DNA from: an uncultured Alphaproteobacteria bacterium
GTDB lineage: Bacteria > Pseudomonadota > Alphaproteobacteria > Micropepsales > Micropepsaceae
Direction: 5' to 3'
Length of the DNA: 64,000 nucleotides
NCBI GenBank assembly: GCA_963735625.1
Contig: CAVTLJ010000002.1
Location: forward strand, 21,777-85,776
Shown here: in pieces, positions 48,506 through 60,403 of the stretch
How positions within the stretch are numbered: the first letter of the stretch is position 1
Layout of the letters: the number at the start of each line of letters is the position of its first letter
Notes under the pieces: model-generated
The model's input: the letters and a program-made list of their open reading frames with translations, nothing else
Database searches by the model: none
Told to the model about the DNA's origin: nothing
Program-made: the position numbers and the translations under genes

Positions 48506-49493
48506 ATGAACCCCGATTTCCTGCCCACTCTGGAACGCGCGATGGCGAAGGCCAGGATTTTCGCACGTCGAAAAAATCGTGCGGCTTTCCGGCGGCGCGA
48601 GCCAGGAGATTTGGGCGCTGGAAGCGGAGATTTCCGGCCATATCGAAAAATTGATCCTGCGCCGCAGCCCCGGTGGCGCACCACGCGAAAGCGTGAGCAT
48701 TGTGCCGCTCGAAACCGAAGCCCTCGTGATCGAAACCGCGCGGCATACAGGCGTGGCGGCTCCGCGCGTGCGCATGGTTCTGAAACCCGAAGATAGCGCT
48801 GGCGAAGGCTATGTGATGGACCTTTTGCCCGGCGAAACCATCGCGCGGAAGATTTTGCGCGATGCGGAATTCGACGAGGTGCGCCCAAAACTCGCGCGGC
48901 AATGCGGCGAAATTCTTGCGCGCATCCATCACGTCGATACCGCGCCGCTGAAAAATATATTGCCGGTGATGGACGGGCCGACACAGCTTCGCCGCTATCG
49001 CGAATTATACGATGCCTATAATTATCCGCATCCCGTTTTCGAACTCGCGTTCAAATGGCTGGAGCCGCGGCTCGCGAAAGCAAAACGCCAGACGCTGGTG
49101 CATGGCGATTTTCGCCACGGCAATTTGCTCATTTCGCCGCGTGGCGTGGAAGCAGCACTCGATTGGGAACTCACCCATATCGGCGATCCGCTGGAGGACA
49201 TCGGCTGGATCTGCACCAATTCGTGGCGCTTCGGCGTGGCGGACAAGGTGGTCGGCGGCTTCGGCGATCTTGCCGATTTGCTCGCCGGTTACGAAGCGGC
49301 GGGCGGCGGGCGTGTCGATCCGGAAGATGTGCGAAGCTGGATCGTCTATGGTTCGCTCAAATGGGGCGTGATGTGCATGACGATGTATCAGGGATTTCTG
49401 CGCGACCGTTCGGTGGAGCGCGCGGCCATCGGGCGGCGATCGTCGGAGACGGAGATCGATCTGGTGAATCTCATTATTCATGGAAAGTTCTGA
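48506..49493 (+). CDS. Aminoglycoside phosphotransferase-like kinase (5' frameshift)
   Basis: LSGGASQE, LVHGDFRHGN, LDWELTHIGDP. Confidence 0.85.
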
Positions 49494-49495
49494 AC

Positions 49496-49858
49496 ATGAT
49501 GGATCAACCCTCGATACGCGAGCTGGTGGAAGCGGTGCGCGAGTTCCTCGAAACGCGCGCCATGCCGGAACTGAAAGGCCACACCGCGTTTCATGCGCGC
49601 GTGGCGGCGAATGCGCTCGGCATCGTTGCGCGGCAGTTGCAATCGGGTGCGGCGGCGGATGACGAGGAAAAGAAACGATTGGCCACACTGCTCGGCCATG
49701 AGGGAACGCTGGAAGAATTGAATCGCGAACTCTGCAAACGGATTCGCGATGGCGCGATTGGATTTGCAAACATCGGGTCTTGCCGAACATCTGGAAAAAA
49801 CCACGCGCGACAAACTCGCGATAGACCAGCCGAACTATTCCGGTCTCAAGCGGACTGA
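49496..49858 (+). CDS. Small helical protein (DUF6285-like) coupled to the phosphotransferase
   Basis: PSIRELVEAVREFL, FHARVAANALGIV, C-terminal LAIDQPNY after a frameshift. Confidence 0.7.
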   Translation: MMDQPSIRELVEAVREFLETRAMPELKGHTAFHARVAANALGIVARQLQSGAAADDEEKKRLATLLGHEGTLEELNRELCKRIRDGAIGFANIGSCRTSGKNHARQTRDRPAELFRSQAD

Positions 49859-51211
49859 TTAGCGGGCTTCTCGCCGATGGCGATCCGCCCCGCCGCGAGC
49901 AGCGCGACCAGTACGGCTTCCGTCCACGCAATCGCGGGGCTGAGCCAGACGAAATTTCCCGGCTGCGGATAGAAAAAGACAAGCGCGCCCTTCAGATCGA
50001 GGCCGTTCACAATCGCCGGCGCCAAAACGTAAAGCGCGAACAGCGCCAGCAGCACCGCGAAATCGCCGCGCCTGCCGGCCAAGCGTGTGTATCAGCACGA
50101 AGAGCGAAACGTCGCGCGTGAGAAATCCGATTCCGGCGGCGATCAGCGCGACCGCCTGCATATCCGCGCCGCGCGCCTGCCACCAGATCAGAAGCCCGGC
50201 GAAGAGAAGCGTGGCGAGATAGCTCATCATCCACGCCTGCAAACCATTGGCGACATTGCGATGCGGCCCGCGCCAAGCTCCGCGCCCAGCCAGCGATAAT
50301 GCACGCGATCCTTCGGCTCCAGCAGCACCATCGCATAGGTGAGAAAGCCAAATGTCGTGGCGGCAAGCGCAAGCCGCAGCGCAACCGGATCCCAATTCGC
50401 CATCGTCGCATCGTTCGCCAGCCACGCGTCGAAGCCGGCGACATAGATTCCGATGAACAGCAAGAAAGCCAAGCCACACCAGCGGCCCGTTGCGCATCTG
50501 CAGTTCCAGCCGCATCGTGCGGTAGCACGCCACCAGCGTCCACACCGTGAAGAGCGCGAGCGAAATCAGCAGGAACGGCCGCGCATCGTAGGAATGGCCC
50601 CACCATGTCGATGAAATCGGTCGTCGGTTCATGGGTGATGATGGAGCCCGCCGGATTCACGATGGACCACATCCCAGAGTAGACACGACAATGGCCGCCG
50701 ATCAGGCCCGCTGAATTGATAGATGAAGATTTCGAGACGCGAATGCGATTGACGGCGGCGCACGGCGATGAGGCTTGCCAGCAGCGCGACCGCCTGCGCG
50801 ATCACGCCGACGGCGAGATAATAGATGAGATCGATGACGACGCTGGCCGCGCTATCATGCGTGAATCCATGCGCCAGAATGACCGCAAGGCAGATGCGCA
50901 CCGCCATACCAATTATAGGCGGTGGCGCCGAACAGCTTGCCCCACGTCATCTCGGCCGCGCCAAGCGAGGAAAGCCGCTGCAAATCCCATGTGCGCTCGC
51001 GAATTTCGCCGACGACGCAGAGTGCCGCGTTGCGCGCGCCCCAGATCACCACGATGAAATAGTAAAGCACCACGGCCACGCTCGCGGGCCGGAAATCGTC
51101 GCCGCCCGAAAGCCCCGCCGCGAAGAAGATCAGCGCCAGAATGATCGCCATCGTGGCGAGGCGGCGGGGCGTCAGTTCCAGCCAGAGATTGCGGCGCAGT
51201 TCCGGATTCAT
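49859..51211 (-). CDS. Multi-TM membrane protein, probable ABC exporter permease (frameshifted)
   Basis: [34 protein letters not shown]; overlaps the ATPase stop. Confidence 0.72.
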
Positions 51212-52120
51212 TTGCGCCCCACTTGCGAGAAATACGCGTCTTCCAGCGCCTTGGTGGAGGCGGCGAACGCGGCCACTTCGAAGCCGGCGCTCAGCAGATC
51301 GCGGATCAGCTTGGCGCGCGCCGAAACATTGTGCGTGAAGGTGATGAGCGCGTGCTGATTCGTCCGCATCGAGCGACATCGATGCCCGCACCTTCGAGAA
51401 ATTCGCGCAGATCGCTGCGCGCGGTTGCAAGCTCGATCACATAGCGCGTGCGTTCGACCTCGCGCACCTTGATCGCCTTGCCGCCCGACAACCCGGCCGT
51501 TCTCGATGATGATCATCTCGGAACAATAATCTTCGAGCTCGGCCAGAATGTGCGACGACACAACCAGCGTCATGCCCGCATCGCGAAGCGAAAGCAGCAG
51601 CGTGGAAAGATCGCGCCGCGCCTGCGGATCGAGGCCGGCGGCGGGCTCGTCCAGCAGCAGCACCTTGGGCTCGTGCACGATCGCCTGCCCGATGGCGAGG
51701 CGCTGGCGCAGCCCGCGCGAAAGCTCGCCCGCGCGGCTTTCCAGCCGATCGAGCAGGCCGACATCGCGCGCGGCTTTTTCGACGGCGGCGGCGCGAGCGC
51801 GGCCGCGATGCCGTGCGCGCGCGCGGCATAAGTCAGGCAGCGGCGCACCGTGAGTTCGTCATAGAGCCCATAGAAATCCGGCAGATAGCCGAGGCGGGCG
51901 TGGATCTGGCGCGGGGCCTCGCCGGTATCGAGCCCGTCGATCATCGACCTTGCCGGAATAGGGCGGTTCAAGCGCCGCCAGACAGCGCAAAAGCGTGGTT
52001 TTGCCCGCGCCGTTCGGGCCGACAAGTGCTGTGATGGTTTGCGGCGGCAACGCTCAGCGAAACGCCTTCCAGCGCCCGCTTGGCCGGATATTCGTAAACG
52101 AGATCGCGAACTTCGATCAT
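51208..52120 (-). CDS. ABC-2-type ATP-binding protein (frameshifted)
   Basis: [29 protein letters not shown]. Confidence 0.9.
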
Positions 52121-52214
52121 GGAGCCTCGGACGCAGGCCACCGCGACATCATAATGGGCGAGCCAATACGGCCACCGCCACTATGACAGGGCATTATGAC
52201 TAAAAGACGGGTGC

Positions 52215-52535
52215 CTAAGCGCCAACAAACGTCACAGTCCCCGATTTCGCGGATGCGAGGGCGTTTAACAGCGAAGGCAGAAGACTTTTCAGTTCCCCCA
52301 GCCGGTTGGTCTTTGCCCGCAGAACGATGATCGCAATATCGAAGGCAACGACGTTCTGCTGGAACGACAGATTGCGGTCCACGGTCAGAAATGCGTCGAA
52401 CTTGTCCGCGGCAAGCGCCAGCAATTCGCCATTCTTGATCGAGGACCAACCCATCTGGCGCGCGGATTTGACTTCATGTCCCACAAGATCGCGCGACAAT
52501 CGCCAGTCGATACACTCGTCGAGCAAGATTCTCAC
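52215..52535 (-). CDS. DUF5615 PIN-like toxin
   Basis: MRILLDEC, GWSSIKNGELL, FLTVDRNL. Confidence 0.85.
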   Translation of the reverse strand: MRILLDECIDWRLSRDLVGHEVKSARQMGWSSIKNGELLALAADKFDAFLTVDRNLSFQQNVVAFDIAIIVLRAKTNRLGELKSLLPSLLNALASAKSGTVTFVGA

Positions 52536-52753
52536 GCGACGGATTCGACAAGCCGGTCCTTCGCCTGTTCGAGGAAGGCTATGACCTGTTCCCGCGTGAC
52601 CGAAGGAAACCCTTCAAGGAATTCGCCAATCGTGTCCCCGGCTTCCAGATAGTCGAGCAGCGTTTGCACCGGCACGCGCGTCCCGCAAAAGACGGGCGCG
52701 CCTCCCATCACATCCTGACTACGGCTGACGACCGGATTGTTCACCGCTTTCAC
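52532..52753 (-). CDS. DUF433 antitoxin
   Basis: VMGGAPVFCGTRVPVQTLLDYLEAG..FLEGFPSV; GTG start overlaps the thiolase stop. Confidence 0.88.
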   Translation of the reverse strand: MKAVNNPVVSRSQDVMGGAPVFCGTRVPVQTLLDYLEAGDTIGEFLEGFPSVTREQVIAFLEQAKDRLVESVA

Positions 52754-53956
52754 GCCCCTTGCGCACCGATGATCGCAACCGAGCACACATTCATCATCGG
52801 CGCGCCGCCGAGATTGTGCGTCAGCCCGATCTTCGGGTTCTTCAACTGGCGCGCGCCCGCGCGGCCCTGAAGCTGGAGATACATCTCATAGAGCATGCGC
52901 AGGCCCGATCGCGCCGATGGGATGGCCGAAGCATTTCAGCCCGCCGTCGATCTGGCAGGGCACCTGACCGTCGGCGTCGTAGAAGCCGTTCATCACATCC
53001 TTCCAGCCTTCGCCTTCCTTGGAGATGTGCAGATCTTCCATCGTCACGAGTTCGGTGATGGAGAAGCAATCATGCACTTCCATCATCGAGACTTCGTCGC
53101 GCGGATTTTTGATGCCCGCTTCTTCGTAAGCGCGCTTGGAGGCGATGCGCGCGGTGTGGAAATAGCTTCCGTCCCAGGAATTGTGCTGGCTCTCAAGCCC
53201 GTTCGACAGCGAGAGTTGCAGCGCCTTGACCGTGATGATGTCTTTCTTGCCCATCGCCTTGGCGATTTCCGGCGTCGTGACGATGGCGCAAGCCGCACCA
53301 TCCGACACGCCGCAGCAATCGAACAGGCCGAGCGGCTCGGCAATCATCGGCGCGTTCAGGCATTGCTCTTCGGTGATGGCCTTTTGCAGATGCGCCTTCG
53401 GATTCTTCGTGCCGTTGGCATGGCTCTTCACCGACACATGCGCGATGGCGCGCTTGAGATCGTCCTTGCTACACGCCATGCTTGGTGCGATAGGCGCTCG
53501 CGAGCTGCGCGAAATTGCCGGGCGCCGAACCGTTGGCGCTCCACAGCGGCGACAAGCGTTGCGCCTTCGCGCTGCGGCAAGCCGCCATAGCCTGTGTCTT
53601 TCAATTTCTCCACGCCGAGCGCCAGCGCGATATCGCACGCACCCGCCGCCACCGCATAGACCGCGCCGCGAAATGCTTCCGAACCGCGACGCGCAGAAAT
53701 TCTCCACGCGCGTGACGGGAATGTTCGGCAACCGCAACGCGACCGACAGCGGCGTGCCGCCCTTGCCGACATGCTGTTCCTCGATGGCCGTGCCGAACCA
53801 GGCGGCCTGGATCTGGCTGGTCTCGACGCCCGCGTCGCCCAGCGCCTCCAGATAGGCTTCCACCATCAATTCCTCGGCGCCGGATTCCCAGCGCTCGCCG
53901 AATTTCGAGCAGCCCATGCCCAGAATTGCGACCTTGTCCCTGATGCCCGTAGCCAT
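52750..53956 (-). CDS. SCP2-type thiolase / acetyl-CoA acetyltransferase (frameshifted)
   Basis: VENFCA, DCCGVSDGAA, EVHDCF, GHPIGA, HNLGG. Confidence 0.9.
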
Positions 53957-54136
53957 GGCGTTCTCCCGAATAGCTGACTTCCTGTCATCTAATAGCCGCC
54001 GCGCGGCCCTGTAAAGGGAAGCGCTGGAACCCTGCGCGCGTTACATGCGTTTCCCTCATGGCGCGCGGCCGGAATTTGCCGCGCGAGCGCCGGAATCAGG
54101 CGTATTTTTCCCTTCCCCCACGTAAGGAGCAAACAG

Positions 54137-54616
54137 ATGTCCAGGAAATTTCTACTTCTGAGCGCCGCGGTCATGGCCGCGGGCGCTCTTGCATTTGTAG
54201 CCCCCGCGCGAGGCGGCGGGCGTGAAAGTCGGCGTGCTGACATGTCATGTGGCAAGCGGCTGGGGATTTGTCTTCGGCTCGTCAAAGGACATGCGCTGCA
54301 CTACAGCCCCGACCGCGTGCATAACGAACATTATACGGGAACGATCAACAAATTCGGCGTCGATCTCGGCTACACCGAAAGCTCGGTCATCATCTGGGGC
54401 GTTGTGGCGCCCAGTTCCGATCTGAAGCCCGGCGCGCTGGAAGGCGAATATGGCGGCGTGCAGGCGAGCGCCAGCGTCGGCATCGGCGCGGGCGCCAATG
54501 TGCTGGTCGGCGGCTTCGACAAATCGATCACCTTGCAGCCACTGAGCGTCGAAGGCAGCAAGGGCGTCAATCTCGCGGCCGGCATCGGCGGGCTGACGCT
54601 GAAATACGCGCACTGA
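54137..54616 (+). CDS. DUF992 family secreted protein (internal compensating frameshifts)
   Basis: VGVLTC..GWGFVFGSSKDMRC, YTGTINKFGVDLG, ITLQPLSVEG. Confidence 0.85.
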   Translation: MSRKFLLLSAAVMAAGALAFVAPARGGGRESRRADMSCGKRLGICLRLVKGHALHYSPDRVHNEHYTGTINKFGVDLGYTESSVIIWGVVAPSSDLKPGALEGEYGGVQASASVGIGAGANVLVGGFDKSITLQPLSVEGSKGVNLAAGIGGLTLKYAH

Positions 54617-54638
54617 CATCGCCGGCAATATGGAATGG

Positions 54639-54668
54639 CAAAAGCCCGCTTCGGCGGGCTTTTGTTTT
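54639..54668. terminator. Bidirectional intrinsic terminator
   Basis: CAAAAGCCCGC-TTCG-GCGGGCTTTTG between convergent genes. Confidence 0.85.
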
Positions 54669-55857
54669 ATGCGGCAACCCGCGGCTTTGGATGGCGCAAA
54701 TCTTTCGCCAGCCCCTCGCCCATCAGATCGACGAAATTGTTGCAGTAGAAATTTTCGACCGCGCGCGACGGCGTGTTCGCGAGGCTGTCGTTGAAGCGTT
54801 TCAGCGGATTGCGCCCGCCTTCGACATGGGGAAAATCCGAGGAGAACATGCACACCTCTTCGCCCGCGTTGGCGATGATCCAGCCCGCATCTTCATGCGG
54901 ATAGGGCGTGGCGCGCACCTGACGGCGCACGAATTCGCTCGGCTTCAGGGAAAGTTTTTGCAGGCGTTCTTCATTCTTGATGAACGCGCCGGCGGCCGAA
55001 TCCATGTTGCGCATCCAGCCGGGAACCCATGAGGCGCCCAATTCGATCGCGCCGAATTTGAGCTTCGGGAAACGGTCGAGCACGCCATCGAAGATCAGCG
55101 CCGAAAGCGTCGTCATCGCGGAAAACGGAATCTGCATGTAGCTGACGGAGGTGAAATTCTCCTCGCCGCCGTGGAAATCCTTCACGCGCGGAAGGCCGTT
55201 GTTGAAATAATCGGGATTGAGTTTTTCCTCGCCGCCGACATGAAACACAATCGGCAAGCCCGCTTCCTCGCCATCGCCCAGATCGGTTCGAACGCGATGT
55301 GGCTCGGCGAATGGCCCGGCGGGCAGCGCGACGGAATGAAAATCGCCTTCGCGCCGAGATCGATGGCTTCGCGCGCGGCTTTCGGCGCACGATCAAGATC
55401 GACGAGCGGCACATAACCGGTGGCGAGGAAGCGCCGATCCACCGAGCAGAAATCCGCCATCATGCGGTTGTGCGCGGTCGCCGCGGCATAGGCCAGGTCT
55501 ATCTGGCCGGATTCCTCAGTGCCGAAATTGCCGAGGCACCATGTGGTGAAAATCAACTGGCTCGAAAAGCCGAGCAGATCGAGCGCGCGTGGCCGATCCG
55601 CCGGGCGGAACGCGCCCATCGCTTCATAATTCTTGCGCAATAGAATGTTGGTATCCGCGCCGCTGCGAAATTCGCGGATCGTCCTGCCGCGCATTGGCCC
55701 ATTTCACAAGCTGGCCGTCGCGCGGCCATTGCTTGAGCTTGGGCAATTCGTCGTAAGCGGAGCGAAACTTCGGATCGAAATACGCATCCAGACAATCGCT
55801 CATCTCCATCAGATGCGAGTCCGCATCGTGGACGATGCGATTTTCGACATATGGCAT
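54667..55857 (-). CDS. Amidohydrolase_2 family protein (frameshifted)
   Basis: HDADSHLME, FHVGG, GVLDRFPKL, FSSDFPHVEG. Confidence 0.85.
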
Positions 55858-55889
55858 GATGGCCTCCCGAATTTTGGGAAAGCTTAGTC

Positions 55890-56306
55890 TCAGGCAGCTT
55901 TCGATGCCACCAGTTCCTTGAGCCGCCTGGGATCGCGCTCCAGCAGCCTTAGCAGTTGCGTCATCGGGCGGCTAACCAGCACTTCGCCGGACTCGTATTT
56001 CTGGAAGGAACGCGGTCCGCCACCCAGAATTTCACCCGCCTTGCGCTGCGAAAGTTTCAAGCGCAACCGGATCGCGCGTACTTCCTGCGGTTTCAGCACG
56101 CCATGCACTTCCGCCTTGAGTTCGATTAAAGCGCGATCGGCAGCATCCAAATCGTCGCCCATGTGGATTCCATCGCCGCCTTTTTTGGCGGGATACCAGC
56201 CAGGAAGATCGACTTTGCGCGTGCGCCCTTCATAGCGAACGACAAACGGGCGAATATCGCGCTTCAGCTTTTCGCCGGTCTCGGGATGGATTCGTGTCTC
56301 TCGCAT
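55890..56306 (-). CDS. mqsA: MqsA family antitoxin
   Basis: LPGWY; HTH LSQRKAGEILGGGPRSFQKYESGE. Confidence 0.88.
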   Translation of the reverse strand: MRETRIHPETGEKLKRDIRPFVVRYEGRTRKVDLPGWYPAKKGGDGIHMGDDLDAADRALIELKAEVHGVLKPQEVRAIRLRLKLSQRKAGEILGGGPRSFQKYESGEVLVSRPMTQLLRLLERDPRRLKELVASKAA

Positions 56307-56307
56307 C

Positions 56308-56613
56308 TCACCGCTCCTTGAATGACAGAACCATAAATTCCGTCAACACATCATCCGTAAATTTCACATACAGAACCACGCCGTCCCACGGCACATGATA
56401 AACATCCTGCCAGCGCGTATGGTCGTGATGGCTGGTCATGGACTTGTAGAAATGAGACGGCTTCATCGACCGGATCGCTTCGGCGATTTCCGCGCGTACA
56501 AAACCGAGCGCAGCGGCTGACTTCGAAGCCGAAGTGGTTATGCCCAGTCTGCGCGGGTCGCCACAGACCGCCTTGAACGCACCGAGGTCGAAATGCCGCC
56601 GCCGCTTTTCCAC
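56308..56613 (-). CDS. mqsR: MqsR family mRNA interferase toxin
   Basis: MEKRR.HFDL, FYKSMTS..DHTRWQDVYH, LYVKF, LSFKE. Confidence 0.92.
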   Translation of the reverse strand: MEKRRRHFDLGAFKAVCGDPRRLGITTSASKSAAALGFVRAEIAEAIRSMKPSHFYKSMTSHHDHTRWQDVYHVPWDGVVLYVKFTDDVLTEFMVLSFKER

Positions 56614-56619
56614 GGCCGC

Positions 56620-56648
56620 ACTATGGCACCATTATGGTGCCAGCGCAA
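56620..56648 (-). promoter_or_regulatory. mqsRA promoter with palindromic operator
   Basis: TTGCGC-N17-CATAGT; palindrome TGGCACCAT-T-ATGGTGCCA (56624-56642) fills the spacer. Confidence 0.7.
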
Positions 56649-56657
56649 GAGTGTGGC

Positions 56658-58117
56658 CTAAGCCGGCACGGCCTTCCAGAAATAGCGCTTGAAGCCGCGC
56701 TTGTCGTCCACATCCTTCACGCGGAACGACATGCGCACCTTGGTGCCGGAATCGATCTGGCCCTGTTCGACATCGGTGATGTCGGCCATGAAGCGCCCGC
56801 CTTCGGCGAACGTAATCATGCCGTAGTGATTGGGCGGGTTCATCGAATAGGTGAGAAAATCCGCCGACCACGAAAGCACCGTGCCCTCGCTTTCGGAAAA
56901 TCCGAACGGGTCCTGGCTATCGACCGCCTTGCAATTGGGATTGACGCAAATGCGGCTGCGCGGAAATTGCGCGGTGCCGCAGACGCGGCATTTGCCGCCG
57001 ATCAGGCCCATCAGCATGTCGTTCTTGCGGTAGAGCACGGTCAGCGCTGTGCGCTTATCGACTTCCGCGCGCATGCCTTTTTCCAGATTCACCAGGCCAT
57101 TGAAGCCGAGGAATTTCAGATAATTGGTTTCTTCCTTGCGCCGCGCCAGCGATCCGGTGACGCCATTGCGCTTCGGAAGTTCGGAAATTTCCTTCGTCAC
57201 TTCAAACAGCAGCGCATCGCAGCCCTGACCGAATTGCGCAACGAGAATTTTGTCGCCGGGCTTTGCCTGTTCCAGCGCATGCACCAGCATCAGCAGCGCA
57301 TGCGTGCGAGCCCGTGTCGCCCACATTGCTCGCCAGATTGTCGCGCAATTTCTCCGGATCGATGCCGCATTTCTTGGCGAGCGCCTGATCCAGTTTCGCA
57401 AACGGACACGGCAAAATCAGATGCGCGATATCGCCGGGCGCGGTTTTGGTTTTTTCGAGCAGCGATTTGATCGCGGCGGGCACGATTTTCGTATAGCCCT
57501 CGTCGCGGATCCAGCGTTCTTCCCAGCCGTAATCGAATTCCTCGCTCTCGCCGCGAAAATGATCGACGAAATCCACGCGTCAGCGAATGGCTGCCGAGGA
57601 ATTTCGCGATCACTTTGTCGTTGCCGAACGTCAGCGCCGCGCCCGCATCGCCATAGGCCATTTCCTGCGAAGATGCCGCGCGCGTTTTGCGGTTCTCGCC
57701 CGCAACCACGAGCGGGGCTTTCGCCCTGCCCGCTTTCACCGCGTCGAGTGCGGCGATCACGGCGGATGTTCCCGCGCGCTGCGACGAACTCACATCGATG
57801 GACGAAATCTCATCGCTCAAATTCAGCGCCGCCGCCACGATGCCCGCATTCTGCCGGTCGGAAAACGGCATGGTGGTGGAGGCGAATGTCACCGCATCGA
57901 CAAATGCGCGATCCTTCACCGGATCGGCGGCGGGCAGGCAATCGCGCCCCGCTTCCACGGCCATCGTCACCGCATCTTCGTCGAAATTCGCCATGGCGCG
58001 CTCGCCCTTGGCCGCGCCCATCAAATTCGGCGCGAACCAGGCGTTGGCCTGCGCGATGGCTTTTCTCTGGAGTCTCAGGCGCGGAATGTAAGCGCCATAG
58101 GCAGTGATACCCGTCAT
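56658..58117 (-). CDS. HMG-CoA synthase-like domain fused to a DUF35 Zn-ribbon/OB-fold domain (frameshifted)
   Basis: GITAYGAYIPRLRL, DEDAVTMAVEA, GDAGAA; C-terminal CRVCGTAQFP..CVNPNC, YFWKA. Confidence 0.85.
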
Positions 58118-58176
58118 CTGTGCGTCCCGATTGCTTGATCGGGGCGGAGGAAATCAGCTTTGCCAGTCCGCTGCAA

Positions 58177-59284
58177 CTAGCCGCGAACCTGAAAGCAATC
58201 GACGCCTTTGGATTTGAGCCGGTCGCAGAGTGACGCTGCGGCAGAAGGATCGCTCACGCCCGCGCGCAACCGATAGAAGCGGCCGCGATCCGGCAGATCG
58301 ACGGGCACGATATTGGGCGTGAGCCCGCGCAGCAGCCCGCCGGTTTTCGCCGTCAATTCTTTCCATGTTTGCCTTGCGTCGGCCTCGTCGCGATAGGCGC
58401 CGAGCTGGATTTGCGCCGCACCGGGCGCTGCCGCTTGCCCGCCATCGATGGACGGCCGCAAGGAGAGATCCGCGCTTTCATAGCTCACATCGCTCAATGC
58501 GCCGCGCTTGGTGCTTGCGCTGGCGACGACCCGCGCCGTCGGCAGCGGTGCGGTTTGCGCAAGCGGACGCGGCATGCCCATTTTCGCAAGATCGGCCAGC
58601 CGCGCGGTGGCAAGGCTGTAGCCCGGATTGACGCCCAGCGCCTTCTTGTAGCAATCGCGCGCGCCCGCGATATCGCCCTCGGCCTGCGCGATCTGGCCGA
58701 GCCCGTACCAGACATATTCCGGCGAGGCGATGCCGTTCGCGAGCGCGGCCTCGTAATCCGATTTCGCGGTGACGAGATCGCCCAGCCGCAAATGCGCATT
58801 GGCGCGATTGTTGTAGGCGGCGGCGAAATTCGGCTGAAGCTTCAGCGCCTCGCTGAAAGCGTCGATCGCTTCGGGCATGCGGCCCAATTTGTCGAGCGCC
58901 ACGCCGCGATCATATTGCGCGCGCGCCGCATCGGCGGGCGCAAGCGTATTGAGCGCAAGTGCGGCGGTGAAATCGGCAAGCGCATCGGCATCCTTGCCGA
59001 GCTTTTCGCGCGCGAGCCCGCGATTCAAAAGCGCGTTGCGCATTGTCGGGCGGCGTGAGCGTGTGCGCATCGATGGCCTGGGTGTAAAGCGTTTCGGCCG
59101 ACGCCGCGTCGCCCTTCTGCATGGCGTCGACACCTTGGCCCGCAAGCGCGTGCGCATCCGGCGCGCCGTCGAAGATCGAGGCGAAAGAATTTCCGCCCAC
59201 CACGCTGCTCGAACAGCCCGTCATGCCGAGCATTGCGGCAAGAAAGGCCGTTTTCCAAAACGCATCGAACAAAGGGCGTCTCAT
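58177..59284 (-). CDS. TPR + SPOR domain lipoprotein (frameshifted)
   Basis: Lipobox MTGC, TPR repeats (AYNNRANA), C-terminal IQLGAY..FYRLRAG..LCDRLK..C. Confidence 0.82.
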
Positions 59285-59434
59285 GGTTCCCGCTCCCGAG
59301 TCGCGACGAGAGAATGATAATTCGAGATACGCGATGCAAAACGCCAAACGCTTTTACGCGACCGTTTTCTGGGGATGAACGCGGTTAAAAACGGGAAAGG
59401 ATATTAATCGTCCGCCGGCGAACAATGCAAATGT

Positions 59435-60400
59435 TCAGAGGCCGCGATAGTGCCGGAACCATTCCACGAAGCGCGGAATTCCCTCTTCCAGCGGGATTTT
59501 CGGGGCAAATCCGAAATCGCGCGCGGCCCGCGAAATATCGGCATAAGTCTCGGTCACGTCGCCGGGCGGGCCCTCGGCCTGTTCGATTTTGGCGGTTTTG
59601 CCCGTCGCCTTCTCGATGATGCGGATGAGGCTCAAAACATCGCGCGGCTGATGATCGCCCAGATTATAAAGCCGGTGCGGCGTGCCATGCGCCGTGAACG
59701 GCGTTTCCGCAATGCGCACCACCGCGTCGATGATGTCATCTATATAAGTGAAATCGCGGCGCAATTTGCCGCCGCCGAAAACCGGGATCGCCTCGCCCTT
59801 CAGGATCGCATCGGTGAACAGCCAATAGGCCATGTCGGGCCGCCCCCACGGGCCATAAACGGTAAAGAAGCGAAGCCCAGTCGCCTTCAATCCGTAAAGT
59901 TCGGCATAGGAATGGGCCAGCAATTCGCCGGCGCGTTTGGTCGCGCCATAATAGGACACCGGATGATCGGCGCGCGCGTCCTCGGCGAACGGGGCTTTGG
60001 TGTCATTGCCATAGACCGAACTCGACGAGGCATAAACAAGATGTTGGAGCCCCGCATGATGGCGCGCGAATTCCAGCACGTTCTGCTGGCCAACGAGATT
60101 GGAGCGCGTGTAGGACGCCGGGTCCACGAGCGCATGGCGCACGCCCGCCTGTGCTGCCAGATGCACGATCACATCGAAGCGCCCGTCGAGTTTGGCGAAC
60201 GTCGCCGCATCGGCGATATCGCCCTCGACGAAAGCAAATTTGCCCGCGCGCGCAAGTTCGGCCAGCCGGGCCTTTTTCAGCGCGGGCGCATAATAGGGGT
60301 TGAGATCGTCCAGCAGCGTCAGCCCATGGCCGCGGGCGATCAGCGCGCCCGCCAGATGATGGCCGATGAACCCGGCCCCGCCGGTAAGAAGAATTCGCAT
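59435..60400 (-). CDS. UDP-glucuronate 4-epimerase-like NAD-dependent epimerase
   Basis: TGGAGFIG, HLAAQAGVR, YASSSSVYG, YGATK, RFFTVYGPWGRPDMA. Confidence 0.92.
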   Translation of the reverse strand: MRILLTGGAGFIGHHLAGALIARGHGLTLLDDLNPYYAPALKKARLAELARAGKFAFVEGDIADAATFAKLDGRFDVIVHLAAQAGVRHALVDPASYTRSNLVGQQNVLEFARHHAGLQHLVYASSSSVYGNDTKAPFAEDARADHPVSYYGATKRAGELLAHSYAELYGLKATGLRFFTVYGPWGRPDMAYWLFTDAILKGEAIPVFGGGKLRRDFTYIDDIIDAVVRIAETPFTAHGTPHRLYNLGDHQPRDVLSLIRIIEKATGKTAKIEQAEGPPGDVTETYADISRAARDFGFAPKIPLEEGIPRFVEWFRHYRGL

Positions 60401-60403
60401 GGA

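Noticed and set aside
59385-59407. CtrA box upstream of the TPR-SPOR gene
   Set aside because: The two TTAA half-sites are 15 nt apart rather than 7; at most isolated half-sites (likewise TTAACCAT near 42545).
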